IMG/VR virus record: IMGVR_UViG_3300032285_003860
DNA length: 64,000 bases
Strand: one strand, 5' to 3'
From: a virus
Position numbers and translations under genes: made by a program. Below, in pieces: positions 30,148 through 39,479 of the stretch; position 1 is the first letter of the stretch; the number at the start of each line of letters is the position of its first letter. The notes below the pieces were generated by a model that was given only the letters and a program-made list of their open reading frames with translations, ran no database searches and was not told where the DNA came from.

Positions 30148-30885
30148 TTACTTCTTTTTAGATGCGGCTTTCTTTTTAATTCTTTCAATTAATTCAAATT
30201 GCTTGAATTTAGGAATATCAGAGACTGATTTTAGATCTTGCGCTCCATCAAACTTTTCTTCAATTAGCTTCTCTTTTATCTTTTCAAAAGTTACGGAATT
30301 TGCTGCCATTACTTCTTTTAAAAGGGAGCTTGAAGAATCCTGCGCTTCAGTATCTTGAGATGGAGAACCGCCAATTTCTTCTTGAGAGACGATATTGATA
30401 CGAAGAAAGTTTCTTACGCAACGAACAAAAGCTCTATTTTCAGCAATTGGACCCAGATAATTCTTTGCAAAACTAGTTGTATTATATGGGCTTGCATCTC
30501 CTATACTAGTAAATTTAATAATTCTCCCCTCTGTTTCAAAATTTGGAATCCAACTCATGGTGCAGGTCGCAATAACATAATCAGAAGCGGGAGAACTGGT
30601 TGTATATTCCACAGAATTATATCCCCTGATTTGAGCTAATTCTTTGATTCCCGCAAGAAGAATCATCAAATCTTTGTCTTCTAGACCTTCAATGGTCTTT
30701 GGAACAGGCTTATTATATCTTTCAAAGTTGAGCTTATTTGGGACAAGATGCTTGGGATTAATCATCTTTCTCCAGTCAATCAAATCGTCTGGACCATAGA
30801 CGTAATTAATTGCGGGGCTACAGATTAGACCATATTCATTTCTTGAAATGATCTTATTTGGAATACAGGTATTTTTTTCGCTCAT
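30148..30885 (-). CDS. single-strand annealing protein (Sak/Rad52-like)
   Basis: GIKELAQIRG...GDASP.N...AENRAFVRCVRNFL.I...SQEEI matches the SSAP core pattern. Confidence 0.6.
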   Translation of the reverse strand: MSEKNTCIPNKIISRNEYGLICSPAINYVYGPDDLIDWRKMINPKHLVPNKLNFERYNKPVPKTIEGLEDKDLMILLAGIKELAQIRGYNSVEYTTSSPASDYVIATCTMSWIPNFETEGRIIKFTSIGDASPYNTTSFAKNYLGPIAENRAFVRCVRNFLRINIVSQEEIGGSPSQDTEAQDSSSSLLKEVMAANSVTFEKIKEKLIEEKFDGAQDLKSVSDIPKFKQFELIERIKKKAASKKK

Positions 30886-30891
30886 ATTAAA

Positions 30892-30919
30892 AGACTAAAC
30901 AAAATTTAAAAAATGTCAA
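30892..30919 (-). promoter_or_regulatory. sigma70-like promoter, probably leaderless
   Basis: Minus strand: TTGACA-16 nt-TAGTCT-6 nt-ATG. Confidence 0.6.
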
Positions 30920-32100
30920 GCGGTTAATTTGACGATTGTAAAAAAATCTAAATTATCCCAAAAAGAAGGAGAATCTATAACTTTTTGATATTCAAAATTA
31001 TTTTTGGCAACGATGTTATTTTCTACTGCCGCCAAGCTGTAATAAAGCTGACCATTTGCTGCCACTGTTTTAGCAGAACGGTAATAAAGAGAGTCTTTTT
31101 CTTTCTTTAATTCTTCTATTTTTTCTTTGCTTGGCTTTTCTATTGGATTTATCGTGCCAAAAGAATAATATTTTATTTTTAATTTTTCTATTTTGTCTTG
31201 TTCGAGGTCTGAAATTAGAATAAGCTTCAATCCTTCATCCCTGAGCTTCTTTAAAAAATCCAACTGATCTGTTTCGGTAATTTTAAAAACTAAATTTACA
31301 ATGTTCTGCTTAAATTGTTTTAATAAATTAATATTGACTGGCTTATCCATTATTAAAAAAGATTTTTTATATTGAGCTAATTGGTAACTAAGGCTTTCGT
31401 CGTCACAATTTACATCGGCACGAATTTCAACTATTGCTTCTGTGTTAAAAATGGCGTTTTTATGATTTGGTAGAGATTCTTGTATTGAAAAATGAGAATA
31501 TTTATTTCCAGTAAAGACTGTCTTAAATGGAATTTTAAAATCAATATTTAATTTCTCTAAAATTAAGTTTGCTATTTCTTCTGGATTGATTAAATTAATG
31601 GACTTTGGATTTTCTTGTTCGTTGAAGGATGGCTTTTTATTTTCGGTCCTTAAAAAACTTTCAAAAACAAATTGATTATTTTTTTCTCCAAAAAATGGTC
31701 CATTATTATTAGCGTAAGATACTGTGCTGATACTAACAATGGGCTTATTCTCTGCGCCAGCAATCTGGGATTCAATTCCATTGACGCCAAAAAATAATAA
31801 TGATTTTTCCATTAAATAAGCCATCTGATTTATGGATGCTTTTCCGCACAAATTAATAACTCCTCCATAATTAATGGAATCTGCGTTACCAAGTTGTAAA
31901 ATCTTTATATTATGTTCTTCTAATTTTGGCGACAGGCAATTAATCACATCTTGCCAATAAGAATAGTCTTTTGCTGGAATTTTATTTTCTGGGCGAAAAA
32001 GAATATATTTTTCTATGGGTAAAGGAAAATAAGCCTTATAAATAAAAGGTTTATCTATTTTTGCGCCACAGGCTAATGCGTAAGATTCTAAAGTATGCAT
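30916..32100 (-). CDS. GT9-like glycosyltransferase, C-terminal half plus extra domain
   Basis: H..E.Y linker, KDYSYWQDVI, LQLG, NLCGKASINQMAYLM..S.LFFGVNG...IA.A..KPIV match the GT9 C-terminal domain. Confidence 0.7.
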   Translation of the reverse strand: MHTLESYALACGAKIDKPFIYKAYFPLPIEKYILFRPENKIPAKDYSYWQDVINCLSPKLEEHNIKILQLGNADSINYGGVINLCGKASINQMAYLMEKSLLFFGVNGIESQIAGAENKPIVSISTVSYANNNGPFFGEKNNQFVFESFLRTENKKPSFNEQENPKSINLINPEEIANLILEKLNIDFKIPFKTVFTGNKYSHFSIQESLPNHKNAIFNTEAIVEIRADVNCDDESLSYQLAQYKKSFLIMDKPVNINLLKQFKQNIVNLVFKITETDQLDFLKKLRDEGLKLILISDLEQDKIEKLKIKYYSFGTINPIEKPSKEKIEELKKEKDSLYYRSAKTVAANGQLYYSLAAVENNIVAKNNFEYQKVIDSPSFWDNLDFFTIVKLTA

Positions 32101-32102
32101 AT

Positions 32103-34040
32103 TTAATTATATTTTAAAGAAAAATCAATTTTATCGTTTCCGTTGTGCATGAATGAAGGAAGCTTTTGGGTTGTAACATATGGCAAATAAGCAACATTAA
32201 AATAACCCTTATGAGAGTTATTGCCTTCTAAAAATACAATATTTTCCATCATTGGATTAAACTCTATCCATTTATCTACAAATTGGTTACCATCAATAAT
32301 CTCTTTGTACTCTCTTTTTGTAGAAACATATAGAGACCATTCAGGATACTTTTCTTTGATCGACCTAAAGAGTGAGGAAATAAGAAATATATCTTCTGCA
32401 TTTCCAGGCTGAACAACAATTACTCTGCCCTTGTCATTTGAATTTAAAAGGTCTTCAAATTTGACACCTTGAGCATTTTTTTCTTGACCATTTTTAAATG
32501 CGACTTGACGAAAATAATCTTCTATTTGTTGGCGATTTAAATCTTTATCTATTCTCGCCATCCAATGTTTAAATCCGTCATCATTTCTGTCTATTGACTT
32601 TTCGTCAAGGATATTGTGGTAAAGATGCAAAATCCATTCTGCATTATCTTTAATATCTGGGACTTTATAATTAGGATTTGGATTGTTTTTGATTGGTTCA
32701 AAAGCAGAATCATCATTAATCTTTGGAGCGGCGTCAATAAAATCTTCCAAAAACTTACCAATAACTTCTATGGAAAAATTATCAATTACCCACTGCCTAC
32801 CAGTTTTTCCAAGCTGCTTTCTGACTTCTGGTTTCATATTCAATACCTTTGTTAATTGCTTTGATATTGAATTAGGATAAGTACTTGCTTTAATGAACAT
32901 TGTATCTGGCTCTCTATACTCTGCCCAATCAAGTGGCAAAGACCCTGCTCCGTCTTCGCAAGAATCTTCTCCACAGCTATAATTGGTAACAAGAGTAACA
33001 AGTTCAGTTAATTTTGCTTCTTGAATTGGTATTTCCTGCCCACCAGAAGTGAAGGGATGACAATAAACATCCATTAAATTATAAATTTCATTTAATTGAA
33101 CTTCATCTACGCCAAATCCAGGGCCAGTAGTTGTTTGGCTTTTTTCAGCCCTACAAAATCTGCAATTTTCATCATTAGTAGAAAATGACTTTATTTCATA
33201 CTTACCGCAATTTCTGCAAACATAAGTGGTCAATACATCGGAAAGTCTTAATCCATGCTCTTCCAAAAGTTTTTGGATATTCCATCCCTCTACCCAAGAG
33301 GTATGAAGCAATAGCTTTGTTTTCAAAGATGGATTCGCTTGTTTAAACATTTTGAATCCTTGAATCAAATTTGGAACGCTTTTTCTGAGCTGATTTCTAA
33401 AAACAAATCCGACTATAAATGTTTCTGGGTCAATATTGTTTGCCTTTCTTAAGGCTAATCTCTGCGTCTCTGACAATCTATAAAAATTATTCGTATTCAA
33501 AGACCCTCTCACAGTTTTTGTGTGGGTGTGGCCCATTTTATGAAGAGCCTTTGTGGCAAAATCCGCCCAACTCCAATAATTCTTTGTCTTTTTTGCTGCG
33601 ACCACTGCTTTATCAAGGATTGGAAGAGAATCCAAAGTGGTCCATAGCGCACAAGTAATTTTATTAAACCAAGGCTTTTCTATTGAGAAATCAATTCCCC
33701 AAATATCTTGAATACCAATATAAACATCTGGCTTTTCTTGCCTTACAGCGTCATCAATGGCAAATGCCCCATATCCCGCCATTCTACTGATTCCATCCCA
33801 ATTTTTGGGGTCATTTTGTTGTCTAATAAGCTCTATCTTATTGGGCTGAATGGTAGCTAAAGTTTTCCAAGGGGTTCTATTTAATTCCTGAATGTTGCCT
33901 TCTACAGAACCAACTGCAAGATTGATCAATTCATATTTATCTGTATTAAAAAGATACTCTAGAATATTCCTTGCGTTTTTACCAAAACCAGTATTTGCCA
34001 ATGGGAAATCAGTATGAATGAGGACTTTCTTTTTTGCCAT
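32103..34040 (-). CDS. GT4 glycosyltransferase fused to DUF4214-like and GT9 N-terminal domains
   Basis: TGFG, RNQLRK, YNLMDVYCHPFTSGGQEIPIQEA (GT4/GT-B); CxxC..CxxC insert; LYHNIL...DDGFKHW; C-terminal EDIFLISSLFRSIKEKYP. Confidence 0.8.
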   Translation of the reverse strand: MAKKKVLIHTDFPLANTGFGKNARNILEYLFNTDKYELINLAVGSVEGNIQELNRTPWKTLATIQPNKIELIRQQNDPKNWDGISRMAGYGAFAIDDAVRQEKPDVYIGIQDIWGIDFSIEKPWFNKITCALWTTLDSLPILDKAVVAAKKTKNYWSWADFATKALHKMGHTHTKTVRGSLNTNNFYRLSETQRLALRKANNIDPETFIVGFVFRNQLRKSVPNLIQGFKMFKQANPSLKTKLLLHTSWVEGWNIQKLLEEHGLRLSDVLTTYVCRNCGKYEIKSFSTNDENCRFCRAEKSQTTTGPGFGVDEVQLNEIYNLMDVYCHPFTSGGQEIPIQEAKLTELVTLVTNYSCGEDSCEDGAGSLPLDWAEYREPDTMFIKASTYPNSISKQLTKVLNMKPEVRKQLGKTGRQWVIDNFSIEVIGKFLEDFIDAAPKINDDSAFEPIKNNPNPNYKVPDIKDNAEWILHLYHNILDEKSIDRNDDGFKHWMARIDKDLNRQQIEDYFRQVAFKNGQEKNAQGVKFEDLLNSNDKGRVIVVQPGNAEDIFLISSLFRSIKEKYPEWSLYVSTKREYKEIIDGNQFVDKWIEFNPMMENIVFLEGNNSHKGYFNVAYLPYVTTQKLPSFMHNGNDKIDFSLKYN

Positions 34041-34059
34041 ATTTTAAATTATTATATAC

Positions 34060-34560
34060 TTAGAATGAACTTTTTTCTGGAAGAGTTTCTTGTTTTTGAA
34101 AAGACTTATCCAAAGCGTGAATCAAGAATTCTCGGATCAATCTTCCTTCTGCAAAAGTTAAACCAATATAAAAACTATTTTTTGCGCTAGAGTCTTCCTT
34201 GTCTGTTACTGCAATACTAAAGGAATAACCTCTTTGAGAAGGTTTTTCACCTTCTGCCACTTTGTTCATCCATTGACCAAATTTAATAGCTTTAAGATTT
34301 TTATCGCTATCATGTACAGTTGAGAATTCCCTGCCTCTATCTAATGCATCTAAAATCGCAGCAGCCTCAACTTGACCAAGTTTTACATTAACCTGCTTAA
34401 ATGGGTCGTTTCTACTAGCAGAAAATGTTCCAATTTGGCTTTTTGGGTCCCAAGTTGATTGTTTTATTAATGTTGCAAAAATAGCATTGTCTTTTGAAGA
34501 TTGGGAAAAAGAGCAGGCAAATCCAGTATTGTTTTTATTCGGATGATATATGGCCAACAT
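34060..34560 (-). CDS. putative ssDNA-binding protein (PC4/Whirly-like)
   Basis: 166 aa with two beta-sheet plus helix units (..VKL...EAAAIL; ..IGLTFAEGRLI); near the SSAP gene. Confidence 0.4.
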   Translation of the reverse strand: MLAIYHPNKNNTGFACSFSQSSKDNAIFATLIKQSTWDPKSQIGTFSASRNDPFKQVNVKLGQVEAAAILDALDRGREFSTVHDSDKNLKAIKFGQWMNKVAEGEKPSQRGYSFSIAVTDKEDSSAKNSFYIGLTFAEGRLIREFLIHALDKSFQKQETLPEKSSF

Positions 34561-34607
34561 AGTGTATTTTATTATATAATAGAATGGACAAAGGTTCTAA
34601 TAATTAG

Positions 34608-37600
34608 ATGAATATTACGACAAATAATTCAATTAAAAATAATATTTTTGATGGCTCTTATCAAATTACTGTTTTGCCAATTCCTACTGGTTCGGCGTAT
34701 TCTTTTTGGTCTGGTAAAATACTCAATCCCGCTGGGATAACTGGGAGTCTTGTATATTTATCTGATGAACAAAGAGACTCTGGTTATCTTTTTTCTGGAT
34801 ACTCCTATACTGGAGACTCTTTTCCTTTTCCAAAGGGCGTTTTTTTAAGTGGAGCCACTTCAGAAACAACCTCCGTTAGTGGTTATTTATATTATTCTTT
34901 AAATACTCCATTATTAGGTGTTTGTCATGGAGTAGGAAATACGGGAGAAAATATGTGGTATAATGGTTATAATTTTTATAACGCATTTCATCCAGAGGGT
35001 ACTTTTTCTCCACCTTTTGGTCAAAATATTTCGGTTTATAAATCTAATTCAAATGGTACTGCTGCTCTTGCCGAAAATGGAAGCTGTTCGAGTTTGACAA
35101 GTCAAGAATATAATGATTTTTTTGGCATTGTTTCCAAAGCAGATGTAAACGCGGAGGCTTCTGCGGATGGTATTGCTAATGGTGGGACTTCATTTATTAA
35201 TTCTCCTGCTTATGCCTGTCCCGAAGAGGTTATTACGGTCTATTATTGGCACGAATCCCAATACAATATTATTGGTGGCACAGTTGGGGCAATAACGGCA
35301 AATACTTTTTTTAACACAAATCCGATTCCTACTTCTTTAGATAATTTTGATAGAAAAACTGATTTAAGATATTCTGTTTCTAGTGAACAGGGTGGAACTT
35401 TGCCAAATGGACAAAAAGAAACTATACAACATGTTTTATATGATGGTGGCGGAAAGCCAATTCCCGCTTATCAAACTGTTGGCGCAAATATTTTAAATAC
35501 TGTTTTGTGTCCATCTATTACCGCTGAAAGCTCTCTTTCCGTTGGAACACAAACAGAAAGTCAATTATTGCTTGCCGCAGATGTATTAAGTAATCCATCT
35601 AAAGGGTTTTTTGATTATTTTAATTGGTGGAATCTTTGGCACTTTCTTTACAAAGAAAATACTGATGGGTTTCCATTTCAAAATGATTATGGACTTTTTC
35701 AAGGCGAGGGGATAGTTATTCCAGCCGGTAGAAGCTCAAATTATGGTAGTCAACTTTTTGAGGCTCAAATTTCTAATGAAAATAATTATTGGGACAGAAG
35801 GCAGTGCCCAATGGGTATAAATTTTCTTCCGCATACATTTGGCGGAGCAATTTATGCTTGTCCATCTTATACTTTTGAAATTCCATATTACGCTGCAACT
35901 AAAAAATTTGGATTTTATGGAGCTAGATTTCTCGATGGATGCATTAGCTTAAGTTTAAATAATACTCTCAATGGACAGCCAAATTCCTCGGATTTACCAC
36001 CTAATTTTACTTATACTACCCCACAAGAAGAAGAGCCAAGCCCAGATGTTGGTACACTTTCAAGTAATAGTCGCTATGATAATCTTTTAGATATTGCCAA
36101 TAAAGAAGAATTACATTCTGACTTTTACGCCATGAATAAAGGATTATTCCTTTGGTCAAATTCTGGATTAATTAATTCGTCTCCTGATTTTATTAATTTA
36201 AGTTTAGTGCCAGGATTCTCTCAATTATTTACCAATTTATTGTCTCAATATTCTGCTGTTTTTCCTGGCGGAAAATCTGATATATTAAAAAATGATTATT
36301 TATATATTAGTGGAGAAGAAAGTCAGTTTTATGATACTGGTATTTATTCTTTGATATTGTCGCAGAATTCTAATTACAAAAATTTTAAAAATAATTTATA
36401 CGATCTTTTATCAGGATCTTTACAGATTAGCTATTGGAATAATATAGAAAAAGATTATTCATACGCTATTCTTTCTCAAAAAAATCAAGTTGATAATAGT
36501 TTCTATAGTCAATTGCAAGCTGGTAAACAATCAAGGTTTTTCACTAGGTATTTAGAAAATTATGTAAAAGGTAATTCCGTTGATTTGTATCCAACGAATA
36601 AGATTTATTTTAGTTATGATTCTGCTAGTAGTTATGTTGAAAGCTCTGGGTGGGCAAAATCCCCGAATTCTTTTGGAACAGCCAGTCATTTTGATCCAAA
36701 AATAACAAGAAGATATTTTCTTGGAGCATATAGTAATGGTCAAGATGTTACTGGAGTGGCTAATTTTTCTCAAAATTTCGCGGGGATTAATTTGAATAAT
36801 TACTCCTTTTATCCTGGATATTTTAATGGAAATATAGGATTAGAATTGCCTCCTCCTTCTTTTTTGCCCGTCATTTCTGGAGTATATGATTCAACAAATA
36901 ATCCTAACTTTAATAACGAATCAATTCAAGGAAATAGTTTTCCAGCAGTAACAAACGGTTGGAATTTAGTAGGATATAATGGAATAGGAAGATTAAATTT
37001 AAACTTCTCTTGTTTTACTCCTATATTTGTTCAAAACCCTCTTCCCATAACCCATTGTAAAATTGGTCAAGCTCCTACATTTAGGGCTTACGCAGTAGAT
37101 TATCATACTATTCCAGAAGATAAGATGAATAATCGCTATCCTGAAATTAGATATTGGATGGATAAGTTAAAAATAAGTAATGGCAATAAATCAGTCACAG
37201 CAAAAACGACAAACGCTTATCCATTGTCTTATAAATGGTATAGAATTAAAAAAAGTGATTGCACTGGATCAGTTTCTGACCCAACGATTCAAAATGGTGA
37301 CTTTAAGAAATTTTTATTAAATCCTGATTTTTCTAAAATAGTGCCCTCTAGTCAATCTGGTGAATGGTGCTGTTTGGAAGGTGATGACCAATATTGCACA
37401 TTAATCCATCCATCTGGATGCATCCCTCCATTGCCTTCTCCAATATCAAGTTTAAAATACAAGTATGCCAATTACCCAATGCAGCAAACTTTAAAACAAA
37501 ATAATTATAATATGACTTTTGTTAAGGGGGCGCAAAAAAATGAAGATGAAAACTATTATTACTTCTGTATGGCAAGGGGAAGATTTGGTATAAGAATAAG

Positions 37601-39458
37601 CGAGCCTTCTCAATTATTTATTGAAGATTGGATAGATTTTGATGTGAGTATGCGTAATGGAGGAAATAATGCATTCACAGCGAATAAAGCATTAACAGTC
37701 TCTTTCCAAGCTGGAGACGTGACCGTAAATTGTAACGCTTCTTCTGTTCCTTCTTACGCTGGATTCGTTCAAGATACTGATGCAATTCCAGAAGACGTAG
37801 TAGAAGAACAAATTCCTCCGCCAAATCGTGGATATGGAGATGTTTTTTCTTATAAATTTGTTGGACCATGGGGCTATAGAGGGGCAGTGCAAAGTTATAC
37901 TCCTGGAACATTAAATGATACAAGAGGACTTAGAGAAACCTGGGGTAGACTTTTACATTATGGTTCTCTTTTCCATTATCACAAACAGCTTTCTCAAACA
38001 GAAGGCGATGCCTTATATGGAAGAAATCACTTGCCAGTTTGTAACGCAGGGCATCAAATGTCCGACAAACAACAAGGCATAAAAGTTGTTGTAAATGGCA
38101 TCACTCATTGGGCCAATATGCAAAATCCTATTGCAGACACAAAGGGTAAATATGGAGTACTTTGGAGCAAGTTGGGTAATGCCGCAGAGCTTTATAATCC
38201 TGCCGTTTCTATTACAAATGGCGCTATTGACACTAGTCCATCGCCAGGATTAGGACAATGGCAATACGGAAACAACTTTGGAGCAATTCATAATTTTGGC
38301 TGGTTTAGTAATTTGATTGAGCCTGGCGGTAACACTAATGTCGAAAACGGTGATTTAACTACTACTCCTGGAACATTATCTACGACGGATTTTAAAAAGC
38401 TTAAAACAAATGTTCTTCCCGCTGGAACTCTTGCGGGGAAAAATTGTGGCTGGCACAAGGGCGGATTAGGAAGGTCTACTTCTTATTGGATAGAGGGTTT
38501 TAATGCTTTTTATGTTTTCTGCGACCCTTTAAAAAAGAAAAATGTTACAAATTATAGCTATATGAGTCCAGGATTGAGGCAGTCTAATAGCTCAATTCAA
38601 TATTTTTGGTTGGGTAAACCAAATAATTCATACCTCGAAAGATATCCAATGTTTGGTCCTTATGCTTACCAATGGAGGGTAAGAAGGCAAAATAGAGATA
38701 GAAATGGTAATGGTGTTTCAGAAGGCTTTTATTCTTATGGATGGGGATCAAACTATAGTTTAATGTATGATAATCCCGCCATTTATGGCCTTTTTATTAA
38801 ATATAAACAAAAAGATCAATCTGCTCTTGCACAGATTAATAGCTATAGAATTTCTGCATTTGGCTCTCCTGATGCAGCTTTAAGTGTTTCGCACACTAGA
38901 TTTGGATTTACAAATGGAGATGGTGGAGCGCGACCCTATCCTTCTCCTGGAATTTGGATAGGTAATATTTCCGACCCAACTCCAAATACAACCAGAGATT
39001 ATGTAAACAAAGGATATGCCAATGCTTTAAGCCCACAATTTTCTTTGTATGGATGTTCTGATGCTGATATTAATGCTGGAAACTGTTTTGATCCATGTAT
39101 TAGTATGAGATATCAAAATGGGTTCTTGCCAGGTGGCAAAAAACAAGATCTTTTTACAGCGAATAATTCATATCGTATCATTGCAAATAATCCAGTAGTA
39201 AATAATGTTACTGGCTCTTCAACAGTCGTTTTATCAGAAAACACTTATTTTCGTGGTCCTTTTGGTGCGCCACATATAAAATACTTGTCATCTTTGGGAA
39301 CAAAAGTAAATGGATTTTCCCCTTGTTTTGATGGCGGTGCAGATCATTGTAATTATATTACCCCCACTATTAACATTGGAGATTCAACTTACTATGAATC
39401 AAAGGGTCCAGTTATAATAAATACTGCAATAAGTGTATCGCAGGTCGTGAATTTTTAA
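34608..39458 (+). CDS. giant putative virion protein with Ig-like domain
   Basis: 1616 aa; PIFVQNP...GQAPTF...YKWY...YFC is Ig-like; more than 20 Cys; [ST]G-rich N-terminus; GTGTAT upstream at 34562. Confidence 0.6.
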   Translation: MNITTNNSIKNNIFDGSYQITVLPIPTGSAYSFWSGKILNPAGITGSLVYLSDEQRDSGYLFSGYSYTGDSFPFPKGVFLSGATSETTSVSGYLYYSLNTPLLGVCHGVGNTGENMWYNGYNFYNAFHPEGTFSPPFGQNISVYKSNSNGTAALAENGSCSSLTSQEYNDFFGIVSKADVNAEASADGIANGGTSFINSPAYACPEEVITVYYWHESQYNIIGGTVGAITANTFFNTNPIPTSLDNFDRKTDLRYSVSSEQGGTLPNGQKETIQHVLYDGGGKPIPAYQTVGANILNTVLCPSITAESSLSVGTQTESQLLLAADVLSNPSKGFFDYFNWWNLWHFLYKENTDGFPFQNDYGLFQGEGIVIPAGRSSNYGSQLFEAQISNENNYWDRRQCPMGINFLPHTFGGAIYACPSYTFEIPYYAATKKFGFYGARFLDGCISLSLNNTLNGQPNSSDLPPNFTYTTPQEEEPSPDVGTLSSNSRYDNLLDIANKEELHSDFYAMNKGLFLWSNSGLINSSPDFINLSLVPGFSQLFTNLLSQYSAVFPGGKSDILKNDYLYISGEESQFYDTGIYSLILSQNSNYKNFKNNLYDLLSGSLQISYWNNIEKDYSYAILSQKNQVDNSFYSQLQAGKQSRFFTRYLENYVKGNSVDLYPTNKIYFSYDSASSYVESSGWAKSPNSFGTASHFDPKITRRYFLGAYSNGQDVTGVANFSQNFAGINLNNYSFYPGYFNGNIGLELPPPSFLPVISGVYDSTNNPNFNNESIQGNSFPAVTNGWNLVGYNGIGRLNLNFSCFTPIFVQNPLPITHCKIGQAPTFRAYAVDYHTIPEDKMNNRYPEIRYWMDKLKISNGNKSVTAKTTNAYPLSYKWYRIKKSDCTGSVSDPTIQNGDFKKFLLNPDFSKIVPSSQSGEWCCLEGDDQYCTLIHPSGCIPPLPSPISSLKYKYANYPMQQTLKQNNYNMTFVKGAQKNEDENYYYFCMARGRFGIRISEPSQLFIEDWIDFDVSMRNGGNNAFTANKALTVSFQAGDVTVNCNASSVPSYAGFVQDTDAIPEDVVEEQIPPPNRGYGDVFSYKFVGPWGYRGAVQSYTPGTLNDTRGLRETWGRLLHYGSLFHYHKQLSQTEGDALYGRNHLPVCNAGHQMSDKQQGIKVVVNGITHWANMQNPIADTKGKYGVLWSKLGNAAELYNPAVSITNGAIDTSPSPGLGQWQYGNNFGAIHNFGWFSNLIEPGGNTNVENGDLTTTPGTLSTTDFKKLKTNVLPAGTLAGKNCGWHKGGLGRSTSYWIEGFNAFYVFCDPLKKKNVTNYSYMSPGLRQSNSSIQYFWLGKPNNSYLERYPMFGPYAYQWRVRRQNRDRNGNGVSEGFYSYGWGSNYSLMYDNPAIYGLFIKYKQKDQSALAQINSYRISAFGSPDAALSVSHTRFGFTNGDGGARPYPSPGIWIGNISDPTPNTTRDYVNKGYANALSPQFSLYGCSDADINAGNCFDPCISMRYQNGFLPGGKKQDLFTANNSYRIIANNPVVNNVTGSSTVVLSENTYFRGPFGAPHIKYLSSLGTKVNGFSPCFDGGADHCNYITPTINIGDSTYYESKGPVIINTAISVSQVVNF

Positions 39459-39479
39459 AGATATTAGTATAATAATAAA

